The notes under the pieces were generated by a model that worked only from the letters and a program-made list of their open reading frames with translations, was not told the DNA's origin and ran no database searches. From Chara braunii (Eukaryota > Plantae > Charophyceae), in contig BFEA01000029.1 of assembly GCA_003427395.1 (NCBI GenBank), forward strand, positions 3,148,041-3,196,906: a DNA stretch of 48,866 nucleotides, in the 5' to 3' direction. Position 1 is the stretch's first letter. Each line of letters opens with the position of its first letter. The position numbers were made by a program, and so were the translations under genes. Of this stretch, positions 1-14,025 are shown in pieces.

Positions 1-1346
1 CCGTTCTTGTCCCCCTTTCTCCCCTCCCCCTTCTCGTTTGCGTGTGGGTGGGTGTGTTCATGAGTGTGTATGTGCCATCATGTGTGTGTGCCTGTGTTTG
101 TGTGTGTGCCCGTCTGCGTGGCTGGGTGGGTGTGCGCGTGGGTGCGTGAGTGGCTGGGTGGGTGTGCGAGTGCATGCGTGAGTGGGTGCATGGGTGTGTG
201 TGCAGGTGTTTGTGAGTGCATGTGTCAGGACGAACTGCTGCTGCCGGGTTCATCTTCAACGCTATGCAGGGACCTAATTTGGGGCGGCGGCAGCTTCTGT
301 TCTTGTTTTTTTCATTTTCATTCCTTTTTTTTTCCATAACATCGATCTTATGGGTCCCTGCAAGACCCATTACTGAGGAGAGTGGGCTAGGCATACCACA
401 CGCCGGTGAGGTACCACTCGCCAGATCCTCCATATCTGGCCATTGATCTTCGTGTCACTGGTCAGAAAGGAGAGTCTGGGTAAGTGGGACCTCAGCACTG
501 GACCAAATTTGCAACGGCTGTCAGTGGCCGCCTGGGCCGCAAAAGAAGAAAACGGGGCTTGCCGCGACGCTCACCAAATGCGAGAAAGATGATATCAGCT
601 ATATTTTCCAAGGTTGTATCAGAGAATACGTTCTCTCGTTACACATTTGGTGAGGAGTGTGGAGATGCCCAGACCCACACGATAAAATTTGCCGCCACCG
701 TGCAGAGCGAGGGGAAAACCAAAAAAAAGGTGAGATCGACTGACCGTCGTTTCTGCGTGCCAGAGAGAAACAAAGAAAAGAACACCACCCAACTAAGGGC
801 CACCACTGAACTCAGCGAAACTGGCATGACTGACACACTGACACATTTAGTGCAGCTACTGCCAAGCAAGGAGAACACGTTCAATAGTGATACTGAACCT
901 CTGTCGTCCAGATGGCCTCGGAATAAGGAGGAAGCAAAACCAATTACGTGTCGAGATTCTAGGAGGGCAGTATTTGGTTAGAACTTGAGCTCTGCGGCAT
1001 TCCACCCCATGCAGATGTAGATCGAAAGGCCAAGAGACAGAGTTAACCAAGAAACAAGAAATCGGTGCGCAATGTACCCCCGCTGCCCACCTAGAGTATT
1101 GTTTTGAGATGTGACAAGGCCATACATGTACCAGCGAAAAGAGTGTACTTTGTGGGCATGGCCATGCCCACTGGACGACACCACACGGCTGTCGTTGAGT
1201 TGTTGGCTGGGGAGCACAAAGGTAGAGGTATCAAGAACAGGTCATGGTGCACACGGAACTCTGTGGTGGTGATAATGGAGAGAGGTAGTGCCTGCATCTG
1301 TGAACCTCTCCAGTATAGAGCAGATGATGAGTGATAACAGGAACAG

Positions 1347-3598
1347 TTACCTAAACAAACTGGAGAAGCTAGAGCTGTCGCTTCCTCCCGAGGGGCACTC
1401 TTCTGCTTCTCGCTTTGAATCCCGATAGATGGGGAAAGGTGCTAACTTCACCTCTTCATCACACTTTCCTGCTCTTATGATCACATCCCCCTCTTCCTCT
1501 TCATCTGCCAATCCAACGGTTCCCCAGTCCTGCATCTCATCCTCTGTCCTATTCATGATCCAAGCATCAATCTCTTTCACCTGCTGCTCCTCATTCTCTG
1601 CCGAACTGGCCTCTCCTGTCTGCTCTCCTTTTGCATCTGGGGACTCACCATCTTTGACTACTTCCTGCTCCCTCAATGCTTCGTCTTCCGCCATAGCAGT
1701 TTCCACCGCTGCCATCTCTTCTTCCTCCTCATCCTCTACCCTGTTACCATCCCCTTCTGCCAACTCCATGCCTTTTACTTTACTTCTGGGAGGCTTCACT
1801 TCTCTGTGAATGCCAGATTTCTCTGCAGGAGGAATAACCTTCCTCTCCACAGCCAAAGTAGTTTTACCACCAACGTCCCCTCCACGTGCTAACTTGCTCG
1901 GCATTGTTCTCGAATGTCCTTTCACTTTCACCTTGACTTCCTTCCCACCAACCATAGACCTGGGTGATCTCCCTCTCCCACCAACCATACGCCCACATTC
2001 TTTCAACCTTCTTTCCTCATTCCCAATGACTGCTGACTTCTTCTTCCCCTCAGCATCCCAGCCACTTACGCCTCCCAAGGAAATCCCCCGTGATCCACCA
2101 TCTTTCGAGACCCTATCTTCATCATACTCTACCTTCACTTTCACATCATTGGTGCCCGAAATGGGGCCTCGTCCCTCTGTCCTCCATTCCAAAACCTTGT
2201 CGGAACCAGCTATACGGCTACCATTGCCATCTTCTCGGTCTGTTCCCCCTTCAACCTCAACCCTACCATCAAGACTGAATGCGTCCCTCCCTGGAGGCGA
2301 ACGGCAGTCCTGTTCTGCGCTCCCCTTGGGACGGCTTCCACTTCTCAAGAGTCGCTGGCGTCCATCTCCCCCATCATCCACAATCTCCGCTTCCATCTTC
2401 TCCTCCACCCTCGTTCCCGTTGACACATCTGGCTTTTTATCAATCTTCCCAAAATCCGCGGGCTTTCCCTTCCTTGAGGTGCTCCCCTTCTTACTCATCA
2501 CGTTACTGTCTTCTACCCTGTAAGGCTCAGCCTTCACTTTGATCTTCTTGGATTCCATCCTTTCCTTCATCATGTCTCCTCCCTTATCCCTTTTAATGCC
2601 TTCTGCTGAACTTTTCTTCACATCCCCCTTCTCTTTTTTCCACTTCTCTAGTGACAATGGCACGGGAGACGCTCTTCCCCCTAATCCATGGATTTTCTCT
2701 CCACTCTCAATTTTTACGTTCTTACTGATATGTGATGGATCTAACGGCTTCAAGCTCCCATATTTTCCAGCGGATGCTCCCTCCACCAACTTCACATGTC
2801 TCCCTCTGCCCTCAGTTTTGGAGTCGACATCTTTTCCTGTCTTAAACTCCCAACTCAACGCCTCTCTGCTTTTCCGAAAATCCTCCTCTTTAACTGTACA
2901 CTCTCCAAAATCCCCTGATTCCAAATGTGTTTTCCTGCCCCCTTTGACAAGGCGGGGAGATTTGCTCGGCCGGTCTTCGCTGGACTTCCAATCCCCGTAG
3001 CGTGGCTCTTCATCCTTCCCCCTCTTTCCTTTTACCCCCTGCGTTTTCTTTGGCTCAAAGGGCCCCAACTTGAAAGAACCTTGTCGCTTTATGACCGCTG
3101 TATCCTTTGCTTTCCCCGCCTCCTTCCCTGCTACCTCCCATTCCATTTCGCATAACTCGCCCCTCATTGTGGGGCTTTTCCGTTCCGTCCTCTGCCTGCT
3201 TCGTACACCTTGCCCCAAATCTTGTACTTCAGGACTGTCTGTTATTTCAGCTGCTCGCCCTGTAACCTGTCTTGAAAGCCCTTTCATTGTGTCCCTGTCA
3301 CTGCCCCCACCACCTCCCCCCTCCTGCCCCTGCCAAGCGTTCTCTCTGACCTTTCCATCTGTCGTCTCCTTGCCCTTCCCTCCATAACTGCGTTCTGGAC
3401 TGACAATGCGTCTAGGACTCCTGATTCCGAGCCCATGCGTCTCCTGCTTCGTCATTGCTTGCTCGTCAGCTGCCCCTCTATCACCCCTCCTTTCAGTGCC
3501 TCCTGTGCCTGAATCGGGTGAAGTAGCCATTGCTCCTCTTGAAGGAGTCAAACCATCCTTTCCACATTGTGAGGGTGGTGCGCTGCCGTAACTTTCCC
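1347..3598 (-). CDS. Large 3' exon: ~750-aa K/E/G/R-rich disordered tail with an acidic end
   Basis: Within the 758-aa ORF 1347-3623; tttgcag| phase-1 acceptor at 3599-3601; ends at TAA 1347-1349, which overlaps a possible AG|GTAAC donor. Confidence 0.8.
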
Positions 3599-6500
3599 CT
3601 GCAAACCATTGGCAATGCCACACACCGATTATGTCACGAAATGAACATGGTACACTGTTATGTCACGAAATGAACATAGTACACTGCCACAAGCAGCGTA
3701 CATGCCGTAGAGGAAAAAAAGACAATCAAATGTCAAGTTTCCCCATTAATGAAATGAATGAAACAAATAAAACTACAAAAAGGAAATAGAAAGACCCACT
3801 CATCCTTCAAATGAAGCAAAGAAAAACTTGTCCGCCTTTCCCTTGAACTGCCAAAGCATCATCGTAGCCCCATGGATGACCCAAATCACCCTCAGAGTCA
3901 CTTTCACACAGTGAATTGAACAATTACAGAGGCACACACAACAGTTACGACCAAGAACTTGGAATCCCTATAGCGGAGAACCGCAACAGCAAAAAACCGT
4001 CCATTAGCATCCGGGGGCCTCTCCTACCAGCCAGTCAAATAGTAAGTTAGTCACTACTTGCAAGCACCTCCAATAAACAGAATTGGATACAAGGAGCATT
4101 GAGGCAATGTTTGCAGCAATAAGGATCAAATTTGGAAAAGAAATTCCTTCGCCATTCAAACGTCATCCAGATTGTGAACATTGATGCCAGCCGTTCTCAC
4201 ATATAATACACATGTATACATGCTTCCGCAGGTCCCCAGGCGTGCCTCATGATTGCAGGGAAGAGACGCACGGTTAACGGAGGCGGCCTGAAATTTTCAT
4301 AGATTTTCAATGCCGTTCATAAGAAAATCCGAAAGGCCTTTTGAACCAAACTTGCCACTGATTCACAAAAGGAATGTGTAAGCACACCGAACGAACTCAA
4401 ACCTGGCCTCCATATCTGGTTCAAGGAGCCATCCAATGAGAACAGAAAACTTTTGAGATCCATCAAAAGCTCACGGAAGACCGTTCACGAATAAACCGAG
4501 TTCAAAGAAGAATTACAAAAGTTGAGAGCACACCAAATCGAGAACACACACTGAACACTGAAGTCCTTTGAGAATCGGCCAACTTTTCCCATGCGGCCTT
4601 CTTGAGGGTCGCCAAGGCCTGCAGCCTCACACTGGAAGAAACATTCTCCAAACAGCTATATATCATGCCAGGAATGGCTACTTACATAAATGATATTGCA
4701 ACAGCTTCATATATTATACATTATCACATATCTATCGACTAAAAGAGCACACTTTGCGAAGCAAATGAAGAAAATGGCAGACAACACTGAGACCTCGTTT
4801 TTGCCTTCTTCTGTGCAGTTCTTTTCTTTCCTTATTTTGACTTTTTTCTTCTTTCAGCCCCCTTCACTGTGCGTCTCGTGTACAAGGCTCGCCATGTCGA
4901 TTTAGTCCAGTGTGAGGTGCCCACATCCCTGTGCGCCACAGGCGCTAACCAAGGCCACATTCCTGCAACAAACGTGGGAACTTAACAGACAGAACAGATG
5001 GGGGCAAGAAGAAAGGAGCCGCACACTAGAACTTCTTTTTTTCCCTTTTTACTTTTCCGTGTGTTTTCGACGTCTACTCAGGTCCAGGGTTACCCACTGT
5101 GGTTGCCATTTCTGATTCCGGTGCGAGGTTCACCCACTTACATGTCATCAAACAGGAGATGCCACACAACAGTCCATTATAAAGAGCAACCTTGCAAGGA
5201 CTGAGGATCACATGATGATGAGACAAACCTGCCCGTGAGGCGGCGTGAGAGCCTTCGTCAACTTCAAGTGGAAACTTCACCTTTGATCTCAGGCTTGATC
5301 TTTGACTTCAGCAACTTTTGACTTCAAAAAAATTCACAAGCGATGGCGTAGCAACACCCATCCTTGGATGCCATCAAGTATGATGGCTTTAATAACACCC
5401 ATCCTTCGATGGCGTCAAGTACGATGACTTTAATACTTCAACGCACATTCAAACTGGCAGGTCCTCCAACCACTTGTGGAGGCCGGACAAATGTGTTACG
5501 CTTTTCAAATATCCCAAAATTGACTAGCGAATCTGGGTTGTGTGTGAGCAGAAAATAATCGAAATGGCCAAAAAGCCCCCAATAACGTTAACTGACCTCG
5601 TTGTTGAGAAGCCAAAGTCGTTTGCTCAACCGGCACACTGGGTACGTCAGACTGTTTCCTTTCATCTGAGGTCTGAAAAGATGGTCTTCCTGCAGAATGC
5701 CTGGGAGAAGCTCCTGATGGGCAAGCAGCAGGCTGGGACTCCATTTGCCTAGACCTGTTTAGGCCACCAAGGGGTGGTCGGTCACATCGCCAACCAAGTC
5801 GACTCCTCTGCACCATGTATGGAAACACAAGAATCAATGATTCATGCCAACAGCAACAGACTAGCATTTCATGTTCCAACCTGAAGAAAACACTCGAGGG
5901 CACCCTTACACAAACCCTTCTTTTTTCAAAATTTAGAAACAGAGTATTATATGTGCTGGAAACCGGGTCGAGCGTCCCTTACACCATGACCCACTCAATG
6001 TTCCCTTCCACAAACCCTTGTCCATGCAAAACACACAGATCCAATATCTCTGCAACCACTGCTACAGTTGTTGGCAGTGCAAGGCAAAGGTGAGTGATAG
6101 AACAGCCAGCAGGACAAGATCAGCTTTCGCACTCGTGATACACCACTTCAGGACCCCACGTTAGAGCGGGTTTGCTCGTGATACACCACTTCAGGACCCC
6201 ACGTTAGAGCGGGGTTGCTCATTGCCATCGCATGACAAACAACAGTCTCAACGGGTCCATTGTCATTTCCTATTGTTTGCTCAAACACAATTTTCATTGT
6301 CATGAAAAGCATGCCGTTTGGGCTTGAAACCGTTACGACTCAATTTGATGGGGAAACCTTGCAAGCCAGCTTATTGCCACTGAGATGTTGCTACTACAAT
6401 AGCGCTTTGTAGTATAATAACATTATTTTTTTCACAAGCAGGGAAGAAAACAAGAGCCACAACACTAATACTAACCCTCACCAGCCGGTCATTCCAAATG

Positions 6501-9500
6501 GGGCCAAGACTACAATACATCCACTTACCTTATGCAGCGACTACCACATTGCTGGTAGGTACTTTCATTCCACTAAAGGACTCAGGATATAGCAGGTGTT
6601 TCACACAGCCTGAATCAAACACTTCCCATAACCAGAATATACCACTTTGTTTCTGCACATCCAGAACCTGCAGAGTGTGGAGACGATGATTCTTGGCATA
6701 GACAAGCAGGCCACGACTGCTGCTTTGTGGTCTGTTTGTCTGCCAAATAGAAAATTCAGTTCTCCCTATCTGTTTTCAACTTTCCATGGTCTTGCGCCGT
6801 TGTTGTTCTGCTTTCACCTCTAATACCAAAACTGGACAGTCGTGCCAACCTTGGCAAGGAAACGAAGCAGATGTTAGAAACAACACATCCGCAAAGCCGT
6901 GCAAAGAGGAAAACAACACAAAACCCCTGAAAGCATGCCACGGTTATGGCACGGTGTTATACTCAACTTGTGAAAGGAAAACAGCAAGGGTCAATTGACC
7001 TCCAAATTGATGCACCTTCTTAGAGGTCAACCCTCGGCTATTGCCTTCTAGGTTATTGCTTGCACTAGTTTTTTTCTTAGTGTGTTCAGACTGGCATGAT
7101 GCTTCATTCATACCTGCAACTACAGCAAACAACAGAGTATATTTATTCTAAAGATTGAAATCATTGAATGCTGCTATTTTTTTATTTTTATTTTTTTATG
7201 CTGCTTTTTGCTTTTTCAAAGGAGACCAAGTCCATCGGAGATCAAAAGGAAGCGGAAGACACAATGGAATATCTTTGTTAGATTGTCAGCAGCACCTAAA
7301 CAAGGCACATTCTATACACTCGTTCCTCTGCAGCACGTGGAAACTTCACAGGGATGCGTGACCGATCTTTTGTGACTGACAGAACAGGCAAGAGCTACAC
7401 CACTGCTCAGTTTTCACCACGTTCTAATCCAGCAACACCTGAGCTTCGTAGCAATCCAACTCGTCAAGTGCCTTGTGAGGCGTGACCAACGGAGAAAACA
7501 TTTTGAACACATATTCATCTCACTTACTTGGTTCTGAAGAAGATCACGTGGTGTAGGTTGAACACCCGGAGGGGGTGGCTCATCCCCTGGCGGTGGCGGT
7601 TCTCCATCATCTTGCTGCAGGTTCCCTGCTGCTGCAGCTGCTGAAGCATGAGGCAAGGGAGGTGCAGGTGGCATGACCGGTCTCCCCATTGGCAAGGGAG
7701 GCTGTTGATGATTACCCGGTGGAAGAACTCCCCGTCCATCTCCACTGTAACAACCACCAGTATCATGCCGTTGCCAACCTCCGTCTGCCCATCCACCACC
7801 ATCCCATCCATGATCCTGTACCAGACGAGCAAGATTGACCAAACCACATCAGCAAGCATCATATGCTCAGATGGGTGTCATTCCACAATTGTCGATTCTC
7901 ATGCTTGCACCCCTCCTGTCTCCAGTTCCCAGCTCTTACCAACCGTCCAGAATACCAAAAAAGTCAGAAATTTAAAAAGCGACGTTATCCTAACAACGTG
8001 TTCACAGTAGTCAAAAAGCAACACTATACAACAACAGTCCATCCACCGCAGGTGCACTTCGTGATTCATTATGCGTGCCTGCTATAAGTGTACTCTGCGC
8101 AATTCATTACCCATGCCAGCTCCAAGTGCACTTGGCTATTCATTGCCTATGCAAACCCAATTGCAAGTGCCCTTTGCTATAACTATTGCCTGTGTCAGCG
8201 GCACCATAGGTGCACCCCTATGGTGCCGCTAGTAATAGCGTATCCAAAAGAGCGCAAACTCGCAAAAAATTGATCCCGAGCTCAAACTCGCAAAAATAGA
8301 TCCACAACGTGTGTCAAAATTGCGTACCTGCACTACCTGATCCTTGATAAGCTGGCTGTGCTTTCTACATTCTTTCCTGTGTGCAGCTGTTTCAGGCTTG
8401 GAGTTGGATTTTAATTTCTAGCCTCGACAAAACGAGGACAGCAGAAAGATTCCAAACCAGGCTGATTGATCCATCGTTTTTAGCACTGTTTCGTATTGCT
8501 GTGATTGAATTGAAGCTCCGCTAACACAACAAGGAAGATTGACATCACTACACCATGATTTTGCATTAAACCACCAGTACCTCCTAAAAGTGCTCCGCGT
8601 TAACGGGCGTGGCTTTTGAGATGAACGGGCCTGGGTCGGTAGGCCCTATTCAGCCAAGTGGAAACGGCACGACTTCCACTTTTGGCTGGCCGTTAACGCG
8701 GAGCACTTTTAGGAGCTACTGGTGGTTTAAGAAACATGCGCAAGAAAAATTACAAGCGTGCTGGCAAGGTCCTGTAACTTCAAATGGAGGCGATGGGTGC
8801 AATGGACATTACAGTTGGCTCACTGGGAACATCAAGAGGAAGCGCGCTACCCACCATGCCTGCAGCTGGAGGGCCGCTGAATCCATTGGCCATGTTGCTT
8901 GGTCCATTATATCCTCTGTGGTTGCTGTGGGCAGGAACGGCTGGCACAATTGCCCCAGCGACAGGTGCCGGGGCTGCTGCATGAAAATGATTCATAAAGG
9001 TCAGTCGCTATCACGGACAAGAAAAGGAAACCTCATCATAGCAGCAATGTGGATGGATCAATTAATATCCGAACGGCTGCCAAACAACCAGATCGCCCAC
9101 CCGAGAACATACTAGTCTGTGTAACAGTAATATGGATGAACAATACCAGGACAGCTGCCAGACACCCAGACAAGGTGTAGGTAACCAATCCCTAGTGGCC
9201 TAGCCCCCAAAAAAAGTCGAAACAGATGTTCGAAAGGTTCACAATTGTTACATAGCATGTTAGGAGATTACCCAAGGAAAACTTTACTTTAATCACTGCT
9301 ACGATTCACTTCACCACAAATTGAAACCACTTTCCCAATACACTTAACTGGAGGTAGTTTCCCACAGACTGTGATTAAAAACCAGAGAGCAGACCCAACA
9401 ATGACTACCACTGTGACACCAAAATGGCACATGTCCAAAAAGAGGGATGGGGGGAGGGGGGGGGAAGGGGGGAAGAGGAAAAGTCCGAAAAGACCTTAAG

Positions 9501-9558
9501 AAAATTATACTCCTGTACTTCATGACCTTCAACTGTGAATATGGGTTTTAGGAAGGGG

Positions 9559-9590
<32 letters not shown>

Positions 9591-12500
9591 GTTCAACAAG
9601 CCTGTTTATTGTGGTTGCTGCACTGCAGCTGCAGGTTTGGGAGGGGAAAGTACAATAAGCCTGTTTATCACTGTAGCTCCACCTGTGCAAGAGAACAGCA
9701 GAACAGATAGAGCCGGGCTGCTGGTTTGACGACCAAGCAGATTTGTGAATGATGTTTGTCATTATTCAATCAGACTGTAACGAATTGCCTTGTCACCAAA
9801 GGGCACCAGCAGATCTGAGCAAGAAGCCAGCAGCCAAATGTTCCATCCACGCATGCCGAACCTTTTTTCTCCTCCTTCCCCGTTGCAATCCTCTTCATAT
9901 GGGCAGTGGTTCGGCAAACTTCATCCGGCATGCCTCGTGTGTTCTTATCCATGCATTGTCATGACAGTCATCCTCCAGATTGTTGCTGAGCACCTCTAGA
10001 GGATGACTACCTTCTTCCCCAGAACATAACGCATATGCCTTGTATTCGAGTTTCAAAATTTGAAAATAAAATCGAATAGAACGTGTATGCGTTGTATTCG
10101 AAAATTTGGGCTATTCGAATAGAACGCATGGGCGTTGTATTCGAATAGAACGCACCCTATGCGTTGTATTCTTTTACAATGCATATGCGTCATGTTTGGG
10201 GGAAGAAGGTAATTGTTTGGCACGAATGCCAGACTGTGACCATCAGCACTTCAGGGCATTTGGGGTTGCCAAGGAGGGCACGCTTGCGATTCAGGGCGCC
10301 ACCTCCTTGAGCCTTCCTGTTTTCCTTGTACCCTCAAGGATGACAGAACAAATACAATCCCTTCTCATTGCACCCAGCATGAAATTTCAACGACATATAA
10401 ACATAGGCCCAGGTGGTTGCATGCTTTCACGTTAAAAAATGCACAGGAGGGACTTTACCATTGACATAGGCAGGAGCAGCTGCCCGCTTTGCCAAGATTC
10501 CGAGGAGTGAAGGCACCCCACTTCGTATGTCCATTGTAGTTCCAACTTTCAAGAATTCATCAAGTCCATCCAGAGCCGCTTGTTCTTCCATTCGGCTCAG
10601 TTGCTCCCGCACTCTCCTGCCGTGTAATCAAGTGGATAGAGGAACATGGAAAAAATAAGCAAGTTCCGTCATTTGACGAGGAGAATGTATTAAATATAAC
10701 CAGGCAGCGACTGAAACACGAGTCATGAGTGCTAGGCCATTTGCAGATTGTCCGTCCAATACCCTCGAGAGAGGGAAACTCGTACTCTCAAGTTTTTTTT
10801 ACCCAAAGAACAAAACAACACCGGCAAAAGGCACACAGAGCATATACACAGGGTGTCCACGAGCGGGTGTTGTACCGTGTCTCGGCTGGCGTCCATTTGC
10901 CACTGCTGTGTTCATCAACTTGCCCAAGAGGGGAGGTTGAGCTCACATAAGTCGCCTTGGCTCATGTGCCCTCATCCACGACTGAAGGCGAAATTTATTG
11001 TTGACACTGAGGGTGTACTCACACTACCACTGGGCTCTGGGGCCAGGAGGCATAGATGGGACTTCGACCACCACTATCTCCGAGCCTCTTTGTTGCCGAG
11101 GCGGAGTAGAACTGCATGCCAAGCTTTGCCAAAGCACCAGCGCAACCTTTTTTCTTTACATTTGGCTGTCGCCGCCAGCCACTTTGCTCTGGCGCCCGGC
11201 CTCCAAATAATGCGGTATACTGGGTATAGGCTATATTTATGACTTAGCCTTCCACCCTGAAAGGTGATGGTGTTTTAGAGGGGTATAATAACTATGAATA
11301 GGGGCACCTTAAAAAAAAAATCATTTTGACATTTTAGCAATTTAGTTTTATTTTTCTTGAGTTTGGCTGCTGAACTTTAACTTTGGCTTTGGCAACCATT
11401 TTTTTATTTTGACGATTTCGTTTCCTTGGGCTGGCCAACATTTTCTTTCAGGCTAATTTTTTCCAGACTTTTTTAGCTTCATGAATTTTCTTATTTGCAC
11501 TGGGCCTGTCCTGCTCCTCGCCGGGAGCTTGCCCAGCCGGGGTGCCCACCCAGCTCCCAAAGTCTGGGTCGCATTGCTCAAAAATTGAAAGGGGCGTCCA
11601 CAGGGCAGGTCCATGCATGTGGTTAACCTCGGGTGTTATTTCGCCAAATTTTGCACCGACACTGTCATTTTGGCTATAGATTCTTTGCTTTTCTTCTTGT
11701 TTTTCTTTCCGTGTGATGAGTAGCTGCTTTTAGAGTACGTCGTGTATTCAGTTTTGACATATTTGGACTAACAGAGAAAAAAGTTCAAAAAACATGTCGT
11801 TGAAATCGTTGAACGCTTTCGCATTAGGGTTCAATAGTGCTCTTGTTTTTTTTTCTTCGTTTTTTTTTCGCCTGTTTCAATAGTGTTCGTACTGTGGGCA
11901 CATATCGTTCGTTTCTCAAAGTCTTTTTCACTTGTGGTGACGCTGCAAAAACGGCGAATTTTTTACCCTCGGTTAATCACCTTCAGGATCACCCAACTTT
12001 AAATACCATCTCACCCACCTTCTTCACCTGAATACACGTATGGTCATTATTACTACGTATTTGGACTGAAAGATAACCCAACACCTATAATGACTGTACT
12101 CTGCATTTTGGGTGAAGACGATAGGTAGTAGCCATTTTTGCCAGGAGTTCATGTGTAGAAGGATGGCACATGATCTCTGTAATAGCAAAAGCACTCAAAG
12201 AGTCAAACATATTCATATCCAAATGGGCACTCGTCATTACATGAATAAAATCTAAACCATTTCTTGTCATTAGCTTATTATCAGTATAAGTAGCAAAGAA
12301 ACTGCGAGGAAGTTGAACATTACATGGGATCGCCCTGGACTTGAGATCCTTTGCCAGCTAGGCATCCACAATTGCTACACTTGCACGCATTTGCGCAGTA
12401 CAAAATACTTACTGAAACAGGTCACAATTCATTCACAATGCTCAAACATCATGTCTGCATTACCATTATAAATACGATACGCTGCTTGTTGAAGGAATAA

Positions 12501-13950
12501 ATGAGACACACCGTCAGGTGTTGTTACCAATACAACTCTTACAGCAACGATCGACTGCAAAGCAATTGTGACTAGAATCCCGGAACACAGCAACCACCCA
12601 AAGGCAAGCAAAGAGAAATGTGTGGAGCACAACACAAACAAAGTCAAATGCCCATTTGTGGCCAGCTTACCGATCTTCCACAATCTCTCTACGGCACCGC
12701 CTCCCATGCACCATCTCGTCGACTCTTCCAGCGACGACAGGCCGCAGCCTTGGCCATCTTGTGCCATGGCCCATCCTGGGCGGTCCGCCCCATCCACCAT
12801 TCATACGACCCCTTCCTTTTTCGTTGTACCAATCACCACCACGATGCCCACTGTATGAGCTCTCAGCTGCTGTCGTCTTCGTCATTTCACCAAATACCGG
12901 AACGGGAATAGGGGCAGGCAGGTGCCCACATGAATAGTCTGGTGCATGACTCGTAGGAACCACTGGAGGCCCAATGATACCTCCTGGGGGTATTGGGAAC
13001 CCACTTTCTCCCCCCAAATGTGGGGTTGCAGTGCTACCTTGACCAACAGGAAAACGAGGATGCACAGGAGGCGGAGGTGGGGGTGGAGGTGGAGGTGGTG
13101 GTGGGTTCACAGCAGGGTGACTATGGCCATTAGGAGTGATTGGCACAGCACTTCCAACAGGGCCAATCCCTGTAGATGTTGGTGGGATGGGCCCATGAAC
13201 CCCTCCAACAAGAGCCCCATGTGCAGGACCAGCTATTTGTCCCATGAATGGGCCAGGAGCACTGGGATGTGGTCCAGGTATACCAACATGACCTTGTACT
13301 TGGCTATCATGTGCAGCTGGAACATGGCTACGATAGGGTACCTGAGGAGGAGGGGCATCCGGAATGTGTGGTTTATGCAGTGCAGCTCCACGAGCCCCAA
13401 CTGGTTGCTCGGGGCCAGCATTGTCCTTGGGAGAACACCTGTTCCTTGGCGGTGAAAGGTCTGCATGGTTCAAACCAGTTTCCTGTGTCCCTCCTTGATT
13501 TTGTTCATGTTTGTCGTCATGCGCAAGCATAGGGGTTCCTAATCCACCTCCATGACCAGTATGGCCAAACCCACTGAAGGAGCCCCCAATGCCACGCCCT
13601 CCTCCCCTCATGGCAACTGCCGCTCCAGAAGCTTCACCACTGGTAGGCACATGTCCAGTAATTGTCCCAGGCCCTGGCCCTGGTCCTGGCCCTGACGCTG
13701 GCCCTGATCCAAGTCCCGACCCCATTCCAGGCCCTGGCCCTGGTCCGGAGCCTGGCCCTGGTCCAGGACCAGGTCCGTTAACAGGCCCCCCTGGGCATTC
13801 CCTGCACATATCTCGTCCATTATTATAGTATCTAAGAGGACGCATTGCATCAGGTGGAAGCAATCCCGTGAGTCGATAATTATCCTCCTGTCCATAACCA
13901 ACAACATACACAGGACCACAGTGCAGCAGTCATGTTAGCATTTTTAGTTT

Positions 13951-14025
<75 letters not shown>

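Noticed and set aside
1429-3591. Several plus-strand Ser/Pro/Phe-rich ORFs
   Set aside because: Antisense shadows of the purine-rich minus-strand exon
6133-6220. Short direct repeats as a possible CRISPR-like array (also 10073-10170 and 46550-46790)
   Set aside because: Adjacent tandem copies without unique spacers, in a eukaryotic intron with no cas genes
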